Source: Candidatus Hermodarchaeota archaeon (GTDB lineage: Archaea; Asgardarchaeota; Heimdallarchaeia; Hodarchaeales; Hodarchaeaceae). From it: a stretch of 32,000 nt of DNA. The notes beneath the pieces are model-generated. The model saw nothing but the letters and a program-made list of their open reading frames with translations, did no database searches and was not told the origin of the DNA. Numbering within the stretch: the first letter of the stretch is position 1; the number at the start of each line of letters is the position of its first letter. The position numbers and the translations under genes are program-made. The stretch covers positions 1 to 32,000 of the forward strand of contig JBHLKY010000003.1 of assembly GCA_048886185.1 (NCBI GenBank), read 5' to 3'. This document shows positions 17,947 through 27,757 of the stretch, piece by piece.

Positions 17947-19080
17947 TTATTCTCTTGAATAATAGCTTGAGGGTTCAATTCCATGGATTTTCATTAGTTC
18001 AGCTACTTTTCCACTAATTACAAGTGGGGCCTTTTGTAAGTCTGAAAGGTTCCGTGACCCTGTAAGGAAGCAAGCCAACTTAAGCTGATATTCTATTTCC
18101 TCTATTTTTTGTACAACTGCCTCGGTAGAATGTTTCTGAACAACAAATAGAAAGGGAATGGCCATACCACCTGCATCTGCTCCCAACGCAATTAACTTTG
18201 CAATATCCAATCCATTTCTTACTCCACCTGACCCAATGATCACTCCATTAAAATTTTTTATTGCAAGGACTGTACTAAGAGCTGTAGGAACTCCCCAATC
18301 CCAAAACACTTCACCTGTGTTTTTATATTTGGATAAAGTTGTTCGAATTGCTTCTACACCAGCCCATGAGGTTCCTCCAGCTCCTTGAATATCTATTGCT
18401 TTAAACCCCATCTTTTTGATTTGTTTAATGTCATGAATACTGAAACCTGATCCAACCTCCTTGGCAATGACAGGGATGGAACAATTTTGAATCAACTGCT
18501 CTATTTTTTTATGTAATCCACTTAACTGGGTGTCACCTTCAGGTTGAATTGCTTCTTGAAGGGGATTAAAATGGACTGCAAGTGCATCAGCGTCAATCAT
18601 ATCAATGATTTCTTGGAATTGAGATTCAGTCAGTCCTTGCGCGAGCTGCCCTGCTCCAATGTTTCCAATGATAAGTGAACTGGGTGCGTTTTCTCGAACC
18701 ACATTGAAAGATTCCCTCACATCTTCATTCTCTAAAGCTGCCCGCTGACTCCCTATTCCCATACCAATGTTTGTCTGTTCAACGGCTTGAGATAATAATG
18801 CATTGAGTTTGTGTGTGAAACCATGTCCTCCAGTCATCCCTGATATTATCAGTGGAAGAGAGAGTTTCTTATTAAAAATTTTAGCAGAGAGGTCAACCTC
18901 ATCAAGATTTAAATCAGTGGTTGCATGATGGACAAATGAGATATCTTCCAATCCTGTTGTGATGTTTCGGGCTTGAACATCATGTTCCAAGCAAATTTGT
19001 ATGTGAGCCAACTTCCTGTCTGAAGTTAAATCGCCTTTTTTCTCAAGTTTGTTAATTACATCTTTATATTCAGTTTCCAT
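17947..19080 (-). CDS. fni: Type 2 isopentenyl-diphosphate delta-isomerase
   Basis: RKLAHI, GMTGG, GSQRAA, NIGA, HFNPLQE, KEVGSG, GAGGTSW, SGGVRNG. Confidence 0.97.
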   Translation of the reverse strand: METEYKDVINKLEKKGDLTSDRKLAHIQICLEHDVQARNITTGLEDISFVHHATTDLNLDEVDLSAKIFNKKLSLPLIISGMTGGHGFTHKLNALLSQAVEQTNIGMGIGSQRAALENEDVRESFNVVRENAPSSLIIGNIGAGQLAQGLTESQFQEIIDMIDADALAVHFNPLQEAIQPEGDTQLSGLHKKIEQLIQNCSIPVIAKEVGSGFSIHDIKQIKKMGFKAIDIQGAGGTSWAGVEAIRTTLSKYKNTGEVFWDWGVPTALSTVLAIKNFNGVIIGSGGVRNGLDIAKLIALGADAGGMAIPFLFVVQKHSTEAVVQKIEEIEYQLKLACFLTGSRNLSDLQKAPLVISGKVAELMKIHGIEPSSYYSRE

Positions 19081-19300
19081 TGTCTTAATGCTCCTTCAGT
19101 CTTTTTGAACTGAACTTACAAGCAGAAACCTTTGGCACCACCATATCCAGCCCTTCTACTTTCATGTATTTCTGTAATGGTATTCTGATCCTCTAGTTGT
19201 GAATATCAAAAATATTTCTATATGTTATTTGATGCTTTCTTAATCTCTTTTATGAGCATAAAAAAGCCTGTATTCTCTTCGATGAACAGATTAAATAGGT

Positions 19301-19726
19301 TTATTCTTGTTTGAATCTCTTTACGTGCTTTGTAATTGTTGTTGAACTTTTTTCGATATATTTGGATCTATATACATATCCTGGAATCCAGATAACAAAT
19401 CCAAATAATAATCCTAAAAAGAATGTTATTGGGTCGTTCCAAAGAAAGATTTTGTGAAAAATAGTTATAAAAAAAACCAAAAAACCAGATAGAACCCGTA
19501 TGGGATAATGGAGTCTATTTGAAAAAATTTGATGAAGTAAATAAAAAGACAGAATTATGGTGTGACCACTCACTGGAATACTTGTTACAATTCGGATTAA
19601 TGAAAATGTACCGATAATAATACACTCAGTAGACAAAAGAATACGAACATGAATCCCGAGTTTTTTTATCCACATCCAAAGTAGTTCACCCACGAGAATC
19701 CCGAATGGGAAAAATATCGGGATCAT
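19301..19726 (-). CDS. Uncharacterised membrane protein (SGH motif, possibly PAP2-like); frame is open further upstream to 19909
   Basis: Several TM segments, PVSGH and HKIFLWND motifs; 61 extra sense codons upstream without a canonical start. Confidence 0.65.
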   Translation of the reverse strand: MIPIFFPFGILVGELLWMWIKKLGIHVRILLSTECIIIGTFSLIRIVTSIPVSGHTIILSFYLLHQIFSNRLHYPIRVLSGFLVFFITIFHKIFLWNDPITFFLGLLFGFVIWIPGYVYRSKYIEKSSTTITKHVKRFKQE

Positions 19727-19951
19727 GTATATTGGTGGCGAGAAAAGAATTAATGTTTCTGTTGCAGTAATAACAGGTGGGTAACCAACAATATGGAAAT
19801 AAAACCCAGCGATGATAGTTATAAATAATCCAGTGCTATAGACAACTAGTAATTCACCTTTTGGGGAATTATATTCCGATGAAATTACGCTAGACCTCTC
19901 CTCTGATTGTTATCATTTTCCCCCATTAGCATTATCATGAATAATAGTATC

Positions 19952-20524
19952 TCATTTTTCATCTTCGTGCCATCGTTTATATTTCTCATTAGGAATATTC
20001 AAACAGTCTAATACTTTCCCAGTAATGAAATCGAATAAGTCCTGAATAGTTTGAGGTTTGTGATAAAACCCTGGACTTAAAGGAAGAATAATTGCGCCAT
20101 AAGTGGCGAGCTTCGATAAATTCTGGAGACAGGGCGGACTTAGAGGTGTCTCCCGTATTCCAATTATCAAGGGTCGGCGCATTTTGAGCATAATGTCAGC
20201 TGCTCGTGAAATTAAATTCCCAGTATTCGCATTTGCAATGTTACTAACTGTTTTAACCGTAGCGGGTATAATCACCATACCATCGATCAAAGTTGAGCTA
20301 CTAGAAAGGGGAGCATTCATGTCCTTACTATCATAAGATCGAAAAGCTATTTCTTTAATTTCTGCGCTCTTAATACCAACTTCATCATAAAGTACATATT
20401 CAGCCCATTTACTAATAATAACATGAGTTTCAATTTTACTCTCTATCAGAGCTCGGATAACTTCAATTCCGTATTGTATTCCAGAAGCGCCAGTTAAAGC
20501 AACGATTATTCTCTTAGGAACCAT
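19952..20524 (-). CDS. ubiX: Flavin prenyltransferase UbiX
   Basis: ALTGASG, PLSSSS, PATVKT, RETPL, PGFYHKP. Confidence 0.95.
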   Translation of the reverse strand: MVPKRIIVALTGASGIQYGIEVIRALIESKIETHVIISKWAEYVLYDEVGIKSAEIKEIAFRSYDSKDMNAPLSSSSTLIDGMVIIPATVKTVSNIANANTGNLISRAADIMLKMRRPLIIGIRETPLSPPCLQNLSKLATYGAIILPLSPGFYHKPQTIQDLFDFITGKVLDCLNIPNEKYKRWHEDEK

Positions 20525-20635
20525 CAGAATTCACATCGTAATTCTTTGATTCTTTTTATTTCATAAAGTAATTAGTATGATTAATAAAAAAAGAATAGAT
20601 GGATACGATAGGTTGGTGAAAAGGGAAATTAGGAT

Positions 20636-21025
20636 CTAATCCACTTCAACAACGCCAGTATCAGCATCTAGAACTACTTTCGACCCAGAGGTTATTTTTG
20701 TTGTATCTATTTTGTCTACGCAGGGAATTTCACCGATGATACACCCAACAGCTACAATAGCTTCACATTCTTGAAGAATAAGCGCCTTTGGCCCTTTCCC
20801 AGTTTTAGCCATTTGATAGATCACATACGAGCCGACTGTTGACCCTTTACCTGTAGGGAAAACAAGAATCTTGTCTGTTGTGTCTACTCCTTCCAATTCA
20901 TGGCCTTTTTCTACTATAATCCCAGTCTCTGGATCGACTCCACCGTAGAATGAAATACTGTCTTTTGTTACCAGAGCTTCTCCTTCGATCTTTCCTTGAT
21001 AGATTTTTCTACCTGTTAGCTTCAT
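20636..21025 (-). CDS. Phosphomevalonate dehydratase small subunit (AcnX swivel domain, DUF126)
   Basis: ISFYGGVDPETG, GKGSTVGSY; ATGA overlap with the large subunit. Confidence 0.9.
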   Translation of the reverse strand: MKLTGRKIYQGKIEGEALVTKDSISFYGGVDPETGIIVEKGHELEGVDTTDKILVFPTGKGSTVGSYVIYQMAKTGKGPKALILQECEAIVAVGCIIGEIPCVDKIDTTKITSGSKVVLDADTGVVEVD

Positions 21026-22203
21026 TTTAAAGCCTCCTCAATACATTCATCGACAGACATCAGTTTGACCGCAAATTTATTCCTACCTGATCCATAATAG
21101 CACATTTTGGCTGAATCAGAAGCTAAACCATGGAATCGTCCTTTGATTGGAGCGACAACACAGCAAGTATCTGCAGCAATTTTTGCTCCAGAGGTTTCGA
21201 TCATTTTAGTAAAACCCATTCGGTCTGCGATTTGTTTTGTAGGACGAGCTGTGGTTATCCATATCTCTTTCTTTGGATTAACTTTCTTACCTTCAAGTTT
21301 TTTGGCAATATATTCTAATTCTGCAAGAGAAGCGTGTGGACAACCCAAGCTTATGAAATCAATCTCTGTATCTTCGTTGAGATCTGAAATAGCTCTTCTT
21401 ATATCATCTTCAGTTACTTCTGTGGTTTCAGAAGGAATTGCATCAACTCTATCAGGAGTGATACTTTCCATATGGAATAATGCTACTCCTCCATATGTTG
21501 CGTATGAAGCACAAAACGACTTAAGCTCTTCAACAGAAGCTTTGGGAATTCCAGTGATATAGCTAATCTTCTGTCCAAGGCGATCCCCAAGAACTTTACC
21601 TAACGCTCCAAATTGGAATGTTCCGTCAACCTTAGCCTTTACTTCTACTTTGATTTCAGGTTGTCGGTTCTCATCAAGATGAAAGCCATATTCTGGGGTT
21701 TTACCCACAAGAGCTGCACTGAGGGCACTGGGTCCACCTTCTCGATTCGTTCGTGCACCAAGTACAGAGTTTGCATAACAGACAGCACTACTTTCTGACC
21801 ATGCTATATGTTGGCCGTAATGAGGTAGATTACCATAAAGATAAGGAGTGCAACTGCAGGTAGTGATTACACCCATCTTTCCAAATGCGTCAACAACTCT
21901 GTGTTGGTTTTCTGCGAACTCTTCACTGATGGCTAATTTTTTCCATTCTTCAAGATCCATGCCAGCTGGATTAAGTGTAGTAAAAACTCGTACTTTTCCG
22001 TCAATAGCCATTTCAGCTAACCACTCCAAACCAGGTTCGTTTAAATTAGCATAGCTTACTCCAGCAATTTGGACGGATGTAATATCAATCATTCGTTTGG
22101 CGCCATAAATATCTCCAAGAGATATTAAAATTTCCATAGCTTTTTGGGTAGCTTTTCCATACTTTCCTGAAGCCATATCTTGTTCTTCGGAAGTTAATTC
22201 CAT
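21022..22203 (-). CDS. Phosphomevalonate dehydratase large subunit (AcnX, DUF521)
   Basis: QIAGVSY, TTLNP, CSCTPY, WSESSA, GARTNREGG, LGCPHAS, DTC, SAK motifs; mevalonate-pathway context. Confidence 0.92.
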   Translation of the reverse strand: MELTSEEQDMASGKYGKATQKAMEILISLGDIYGAKRMIDITSVQIAGVSYANLNEPGLEWLAEMAIDGKVRVFTTLNPAGMDLEEWKKLAISEEFAENQHRVVDAFGKMGVITTCSCTPYLYGNLPHYGQHIAWSESSAVCYANSVLGARTNREGGPSALSAALVGKTPEYGFHLDENRQPEIKVEVKAKVDGTFQFGALGKVLGDRLGQKISYITGIPKASVEELKSFCASYATYGGVALFHMESITPDRVDAIPSETTEVTEDDIRRAISDLNEDTEIDFISLGCPHASLAELEYIAKKLEGKKVNPKKEIWITTARPTKQIADRMGFTKMIETSGAKIAADTCCVVAPIKGRFHGLASDSAKMCYYGSGRNKFAVKLMSVDECIEEALK

Positions 22204-22218
22204 AATTTTATCTCCTTA

Positions 22219-23526
22219 TTATTCTAAATAATCCTTTAAATCTACTTTAGGAAACTCAGCACGAGCGAAGCTTTTACCTTTGGTAACCAATGGTGCAGTA
22301 AAATCGAATCCAATTTTATTAGTAATTTTGGTTCCAGGTTCAGCACTTGGGTCTAAGCTTGACCCTGGTTCTTTCCCAATATCAACGAGGTCTTTATCAG
22401 CCTGGAAACGGGTAGCCATTGACCATTCGACCTCTAAGGGATTATAAATATCAATATCCTTATCCACCACAAAGACATGTTTACAACTTCTATGGCCTGC
22501 AAAAGCAGCGTGTATAGCTTTCTTTCCATCATCTTCATTCTGTTTATCAATTTTAACGATAGCATGCAACCAAGAAGACCCGCCAGGGTTTACGTTCACA
22601 TCGAGGCATTTGACACCTGCTTCATTCACAGATTTAAAGATCGTAGGTTCGCGTGGCATTCCCATCAGGACTTTATGCTCTAAAGCTCCTGGAACAAGAG
22701 CTTGCCAGATGGGATTCTTTCTGTGAGTAATCTTCTTAACTTCAAAGACTGGTTCGTCTCGGACAATATCATATGTTTCAGTGAGATCGATAAATGGGCC
22801 TTCATCAGAGCGGTCACTCATGAAAACCTTCCCTTCGAGGACTACTTCGCATCCTGCTGGGATCAGAAGGTCCACTGTTTTCGCTTTTGTCACTTCAGTT
22901 TTTGAAAGAGCATTAGCGATTTCCAGTTCGTTGATACCAGTCTTTACAGAGGTTGCAGCAGCAACAAGGATGTTGGGAGTGTTTCCAACACAATAGACTG
23001 CTTCCACTTCTCCTGTTCTCTCTAGAAACTTGTAAAAATCTCGTCCTTTGATTATTCGAGTACTCATCCTATTCTTTTCAAACTGCATTGCACGATGGAA
23101 ATCTAGGTTTTGACCGTACTCGGGATCTTTAGTCACAACAACTGCTGACGAGATATATCGACCTCCGTCTCGTTCGTTGTGTTTTAGAATTGGAAGTCTA
23201 TCGAGATCAACTTCATCCATAATTACCTCTTGACAAGGAGCACCTGTAATTTCCTCTGGTAAGCTTCGGTTGTCAATTGCTGCAGTGAGTTTAGGAATCA
23301 ATTGTGCCGTAGAAATCTTAAAATAATCAGCTATGCTTTCCTTTGTGCAGAACACATTCCCTGCAACCTGAAAATCCGAATATCCCTTCACTTTTTCAAA
23401 TAGAAGTGGAGTTGGTTCTGCTGCCTTTAAAACAGCAGCAGCCTCTATATCGATATTCACCTCCTTACTAATTTTAGTAATTAATCCCCTTTTACTAAGA
23501 TTTGCTAGATATTCACGAAAATACAT
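22219..23526 (-). CDS. UbiD-family decarboxylase, probable anhydromevalonate phosphate decarboxylase
   Basis: ERDGGRYI, FHR, EGPFIDLTETYD, VDKDIDIYN...W..ATRFQ, KIGFD; located between mvk and acnX. Confidence 0.9.
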   Translation of the reverse strand: MYFREYLANLSKRGLITKISKEVNIDIEAAAVLKAAEPTPLLFEKVKGYSDFQVAGNVFCTKESIADYFKISTAQLIPKLTAAIDNRSLPEEITGAPCQEVIMDEVDLDRLPILKHNERDGGRYISSAVVVTKDPEYGQNLDFHRAMQFEKNRMSTRIIKGRDFYKFLERTGEVEAVYCVGNTPNILVAAATSVKTGINELEIANALSKTEVTKAKTVDLLIPAGCEVVLEGKVFMSDRSDEGPFIDLTETYDIVRDEPVFEVKKITHRKNPIWQALVPGALEHKVLMGMPREPTIFKSVNEAGVKCLDVNVNPGGSSWLHAIVKIDKQNEDDGKKAIHAAFAGHRSCKHVFVVDKDIDIYNPLEVEWSMATRFQADKDLVDIGKEPGSSLDPSAEPGTKITNKIGFDFTAPLVTKGKSFARAEFPKVDLKDYLE

Positions 23527-23551
23527 TTTTTCACACCTTTGTCACTGTAAA

Positions 23552-24493
23552 TTATACTCCGATAAGAGTTTTCCACGCGGGATGCCCCGCGTCTTTTAAT
23601 GCGTTGTATACTTTGTTTTGAAGTCCAGAACTAGGAGTTAATGCAATAATATTTCCTCCACGACCAGTACCAGTGACCTTGGCCCCTAAGGCACCGTTAT
23701 CCCTTGCAAGTTTGACCATTTTATCCAAAACATCATTTGATACCGTGATGTCCTGAAGTAGTTTGTGATTCTTATTCATAAGTTGTCCGACTTTCTCTAA
23801 TTCCATCTTTTCTAGTGCTTCGCGACCTGATTCGATTACTTCTTGATATTCTTTAACTATCCCCTCGAACCACGCAGGATCCTCCTCCTTCTTTTTCCGA
23901 ACGTCTGCAACGACTTCTGCGGTGTTAGCTGTCATTCCTGAGCTAGCAATCACTAATTCAATGGGTTTTTCCAGTTTGATTGTTTCGATTGTATTGGAGC
24001 TCCCCTCAAGATTTCGTATAAAATAAACCAAACCACCAAATGTTGACGCGGTATTATCTATCCCACTAGGAGTTCCATGATACCCCTTTTCTCCTTCATA
24101 GGCAGCATTATTTATTTTTGTGTCATCCCATCCAAGGTTAAATTCATCGTTAATGGCTCTCGCCAGTGAAACACAACTTGCTGCAGAAGCCCCGACACCG
24201 CTAGCACAAACAAGATCTCCCCCAAAGGTTATTTTCAGGGCTTTATCCTCTAAGTTAATTCCCATAAAATCTATGATGTTTTTGATCGATTCTTTCTGTT
24301 CATCAAACTTCTTTTTCTTATACCCAGGAACTTCAGGACGGTTATCATTCAGCTCATAACCTGTCCCATCTTTAGATTCAACGATACATGTGGTACTATC
24401 ACCTATTGCGGATGCGAGTGCTGGTACACCATATACCACAAAATGTTCTCCAAATAAAATTGTTTTTCCATAACCAGATCCTTCACCAGCCAT
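23552..24493 (-). CDS. mvk: Mevalonate kinase
   Basis: GKTILFGEHFVVYG, GVGASAAS, PSGIDN, KVTGTGRGG. ATG 24493 follows GGTGGA; the track uses GTG 24505. Confidence 0.93.
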   Translation of the reverse strand: MAGEGSGYGKTILFGEHFVVYGVPALASAIGDSTTCIVESKDGTGYELNDNRPEVPGYKKKKFDEQKESIKNIIDFMGINLEDKALKITFGGDLVCASGVGASAASCVSLARAINDEFNLGWDDTKINNAAYEGEKGYHGTPSGIDNTASTFGGLVYFIRNLEGSSNTIETIKLEKPIELVIASSGMTANTAEVVADVRKKKEEDPAWFEGIVKEYQEVIESGREALEKMELEKVGQLMNKNHKLLQDITVSNDVLDKMVKLARDNGALGAKVTGTGRGGNIIALTPSSGLQNKVYNALKDAGHPAWKTLIGV

Positions 24494-24768
24494 TTTTTCC
24501 ACCAAATCCTTATTTCTATAAAATTCATCTGATTTTTTTTGTCTTTTATTGTTTTCTAAGAGAAGCTAAAAAACTCTTCTAACTTTGATTAGCAATATAA
24601 AATCCTTTTTGTCAGCATCCTGTTCCAGATCAGTCTTATAATTAATACTTATAACTAAATATGAACGCTTTTAGCCAAATGAGTATAGGTGTATAGTTAA
24701 AGTAGAATTCTAGGAGAATTTGGTATTGAAGAAATATTGAAATAACTCTCATTAGTACTCTAAAACAT

Positions 24769-25965
24769 ATGAAATTACTTTCAGACATAGATATTACAGA
24801 TAAAGTATGCTTGACACGAGTAGACCTGAACTCTCCTTTAGATGATGATAAAAATATCATCGATGCAACTAGGATTAAAGCTCACGCGGAAACTATCAAG
24901 TACATTGCTGATCGTAACGGCAAAGTAGTTGTAATTGCTCACCAAGGCCGTCCTGGCAGTGTTGATTTCAGTAGTTTGGCTCCACATGCAACAAAACTAC
25001 AAAATATTTTAGGAAGTAATTATAATGTTGATTTTATTCCTTACGCATACGGATCTGAAGTAGAGTCTCGTATTAAAGCAATGAAAGGAGGGGAAATCCT
25101 AGTTCTGGAGAACGTTCGTTCAATAAATGAAGAAATGATAGATAGACCAGCAAATGAACATGCTAAAGAGCCATATATCCAAAGCTTAGCTCGTGTTGGC
25201 CAAATTTTTGTAAATGATGCTTTTTCAGCAGCCCATCGTTCTCATGCAAGTTTGGTTGGCTTTACTGTAATGATGCCATCTGCTGCTGGTTTAATCATGG
25301 AACGGGAAGTGTTGAATCTTCAACGAGTTATTGACAATCCTGTTAAACCATGTGTTTTTATTCTTGGAGGAATTAAACCTGAAGATTCGTTTAAAGTTGC
25401 TGAACACGTTCTAGTTAATAATGTCGCAGATTCAGTGTTAACAGGTGGAGCTGTCTCTCAACTTCTTCTAATTGCAATGGAAAAGCCTTTAGGAAAACCA
25501 ACAATGGATTTCTTAGATAAGAGGAAGTTACTACAATTTCTAGAAGTAGCTAAGAAACTTTACAACCAATTTAGTAACCAAATTGAAGCTCAAATTGATT
25601 TTGCAGTTGATGAAGGAGGTCGGAAGATTTACTCCCTTGGAAATCTTCCTTTAAAAACATCCATATTAGACATTGGAGACCAAACGATCCAAAAATATAC
25701 TGAAATTATAGAAACAGCTTCAACGATAGTACTTAATGGTCCAATGGGAAAATTTGAAGATTTTGGTTTCGATAAAGGTACACTTGCCATTTTTAAAGCA
25801 ATGGAGAAATCCAACGGTTTTTCTCTAGCAGGAGGGGGTCATAGTGTATCAATTATAGAGAAATATAACATCAAACTTTCATATGTAAGTACTGCTGGAG
25901 GTGCCATGATCCAATTTTTGATGGGAACACCGCTTCCGGCTATAAAAGCATTAAATCCTGACTAG
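24769..25965 (+). CDS. pgk: Phosphoglycerate kinase
   Basis: RVDLNSP, AHQGRPG, LENVR, NDAFSAAHRSHAS, NGPMGKFE, GGGH, STAGGA. Confidence 0.97.
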   Translation: MKLLSDIDITDKVCLTRVDLNSPLDDDKNIIDATRIKAHAETIKYIADRNGKVVVIAHQGRPGSVDFSSLAPHATKLQNILGSNYNVDFIPYAYGSEVESRIKAMKGGEILVLENVRSINEEMIDRPANEHAKEPYIQSLARVGQIFVNDAFSAAHRSHASLVGFTVMMPSAAGLIMEREVLNLQRVIDNPVKPCVFILGGIKPEDSFKVAEHVLVNNVADSVLTGGAVSQLLLIAMEKPLGKPTMDFLDKRKLLQFLEVAKKLYNQFSNQIEAQIDFAVDEGGRKIYSLGNLPLKTSILDIGDQTIQKYTEIIETASTIVLNGPMGKFEDFGFDKGTLAIFKAMEKSNGFSLAGGGHSVSIIEKYNIKLSYVSTAGGAMIQFLMGTPLPAIKALNPD

Positions 25966-26125
25966 AAATAGATTTAAGAAAGCAATTGTTGTATAAATAG
26001 GATAGAATTACAAAGTTTCTAATTAGATACATGAAATAAGACTTCCATACGCTCATCTAAATCGGAAGAAATAAAAAGAGAAATGTGGATAAAAACCTTA
26101 GAATACGTAAAAAGTGGGATTGACT

Positions 26126-26629
26126 ATGACTGATTCCAAAGAAATTGAAACACTCAAAGCAGATTTAGTATTAGTAGCCAAAACGGCTAAGGCTCTTGCA
26201 GATAAGTTAGAAAAGGTAGCTTTAAAGTTTGATGAAATTTTTACTTCTATAAATAGTGTAAAAGTCCCTCAATCAGCACCAAAAGTCGTTGAAGTAGCTA
26301 AATCAACCCCAGCTCCTACTCCAGCACCAAAACCAGCTCCCACACCCTCAGTACACGCTGTAGGAATAGGAGAGGAAACAAAAGCAGGAAGATTACTGGA
26401 TTCATTTCTAAGTCAAGTTCAAACATTATCCAAGGGGAAAGAGATCTCAGACTTATTATCACGCCTAAGAGATCAAGTTATGCAGTCTGCAGAGGTGGGT
26501 TTTCATCCTGCATTCCATGAAATGGGAAGATATGCAAATCAAATTAAAAATATTAGAGAAATATCTGCTGCGGAGAAAGAGCAGCTGATCGAAAAAATTT
26601 ATGATTGGAAAGCACGTCTAACTGGTTAA
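26126..26629 (+). CDS. Hypothetical protein: N-terminal coiled coil, Pro/Ala/Thr linker, C-terminal helical domain
   Basis: Heptad-like N-terminus, TPAPTPAPKPAPTP linker, C-terminal GFHPAFHEM...EKIYDWKARL. ATG 26126 or GTG 26114. Confidence 0.8.
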   Translation: MTDSKEIETLKADLVLVAKTAKALADKLEKVALKFDEIFTSINSVKVPQSAPKVVEVAKSTPAPTPAPKPAPTPSVHAVGIGEETKAGRLLDSFLSQVQTLSKGKEISDLLSRLRDQVMQSAEVGFHPAFHEMGRYANQIKNIREISAAEKEQLIEKIYDWKARLTG

Positions 26630-26670
26630 TTCTTTTTCCTATTTCTATTCTGGGTAATTTAAAGGGTGAT

Positions 26671-27234
26671 TCAACCTGACCTTACATGATTCCCACATTT
26701 ATTACAGAAAAATGCGTTCTGGGGAATAATAGCATTACATGAGGGACATTTACGACGATTCTCAAAGAAACTACTACTGGAACTGAAGAATTTCTCCTTT
26801 TCTTTTTCTTCGTTTGATTCAAAAGAAGAGGTTTTGAACGGTGAAAAGGGAGGATGTGGCAATTCGTCCGTGGTGGGGGAAGGGAAAAAGGATTTTGATT
26901 GGGAGATACCTATTTCTGTGTTTTGAAGGTTTGAATTTAACCGTGATGTAAGATCCTCGAGTTGATTTGTGATCTGAGACATATAAGGGATGAAAGGGCA
27001 ATTGTTTCCCCCATATCCTTCTAAGGGGGTTTGAAAATTAGTTGATTGTGGGGAAAAAAGTTTGAAACCTATCTTTAATCCCTCCGAACTCTCTGTTATT
27101 GCAATTCCTTGTTCTAACAACCCTCTAATGACTTCCTTGGCAGAATAAGCTCTTCCTTTTATGATGATCTGGCCTGAAATTTGATCGAAAGGATTATTCA
27201 TACCTAAAAGTCCTCGAATATGATTTGTCATCAT
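26671..27234 (-). CDS. Zinc-ribbon domain protein
   Basis: C-terminal CPSCNAIIPQNAFFCNKCG preceded by a Ser/Pro/Phe/Glu low-complexity region. Confidence 0.8.
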   Translation of the reverse strand: MMTNHIRGLLGMNNPFDQISGQIIIKGRAYSAKEVIRGLLEQGIAITESSEGLKIGFKLFSPQSTNFQTPLEGYGGNNCPFIPYMSQITNQLEDLTSRLNSNLQNTEIGISQSKSFFPSPTTDELPHPPFSPFKTSSFESNEEKEKEKFFSSSSSFFENRRKCPSCNAIIPQNAFFCNKCGNHVRSG

Positions 27235-27514
27235 TTATTTAGAGAATACATAACATTAAGATAATATCAACAAATCTTTCTCATTAAAAAAAACATCTAT
27301 TAGGCGTTCTTTTTCCTGATCGTGGGTGATTTTAAGAGAAGTATCAAGAAATGAGTCTATAGAAAGGAATACTTTAGAATTTCTTTTGAAATTTCAACTT
27401 GGTAGCACACCATCATAAGAATCTTCGACATATCATTAGGAGGTTTTTTAAATATATGCGTGGATGAGACTAATAGTAACAAATATTGATCAAAGTTGAT
27501 ATTGAGGTGTAAGA

Positions 27515-27757
27515 ATGCCCGCTGCTTTTGTTTTAGTTAATGCTGAGATTGGATCAGAAGATGAAGTCCTTGAGGACTTAAAGTCCACTAAAGGGGTTGT
27601 AGGTGCGTGGATTGTATATGGTGTTTATGACATTGTAGCCAAAGTTGAAGCAGATACCATGGATGAATTAAAGGAAATCATTACGAGCAATATTCGTGGT
27701 CTAGATAATGTTCGTTCAACTTTGACCATGATTGTAGTTGAAGGAGCCAACGAATAA
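27515..27757 (+). CDS. Stand-alone Lrp/AsnC ligand-binding (RAM) domain protein
   Basis: AFVLVNAEIG, VYGVYDIVAKVEA, VRSTLTMIV; no HTH. Confidence 0.92.
   Translation: MPAAFVLVNAEIGSEDEVLEDLKSTKGVVGAWIVYGVYDIVAKVEADTMDELKEIITSNIRGLDNVRSTLTMIVVEGANE

Noticed and set aside
19116-19206. Protein-like minus-strand frame (ITEIHESRRAGYGGAKGFCL) upstream of fni, considered as an ipk remnant
   Set aside because: No start codon, no IPK motif, only about 30 codons.
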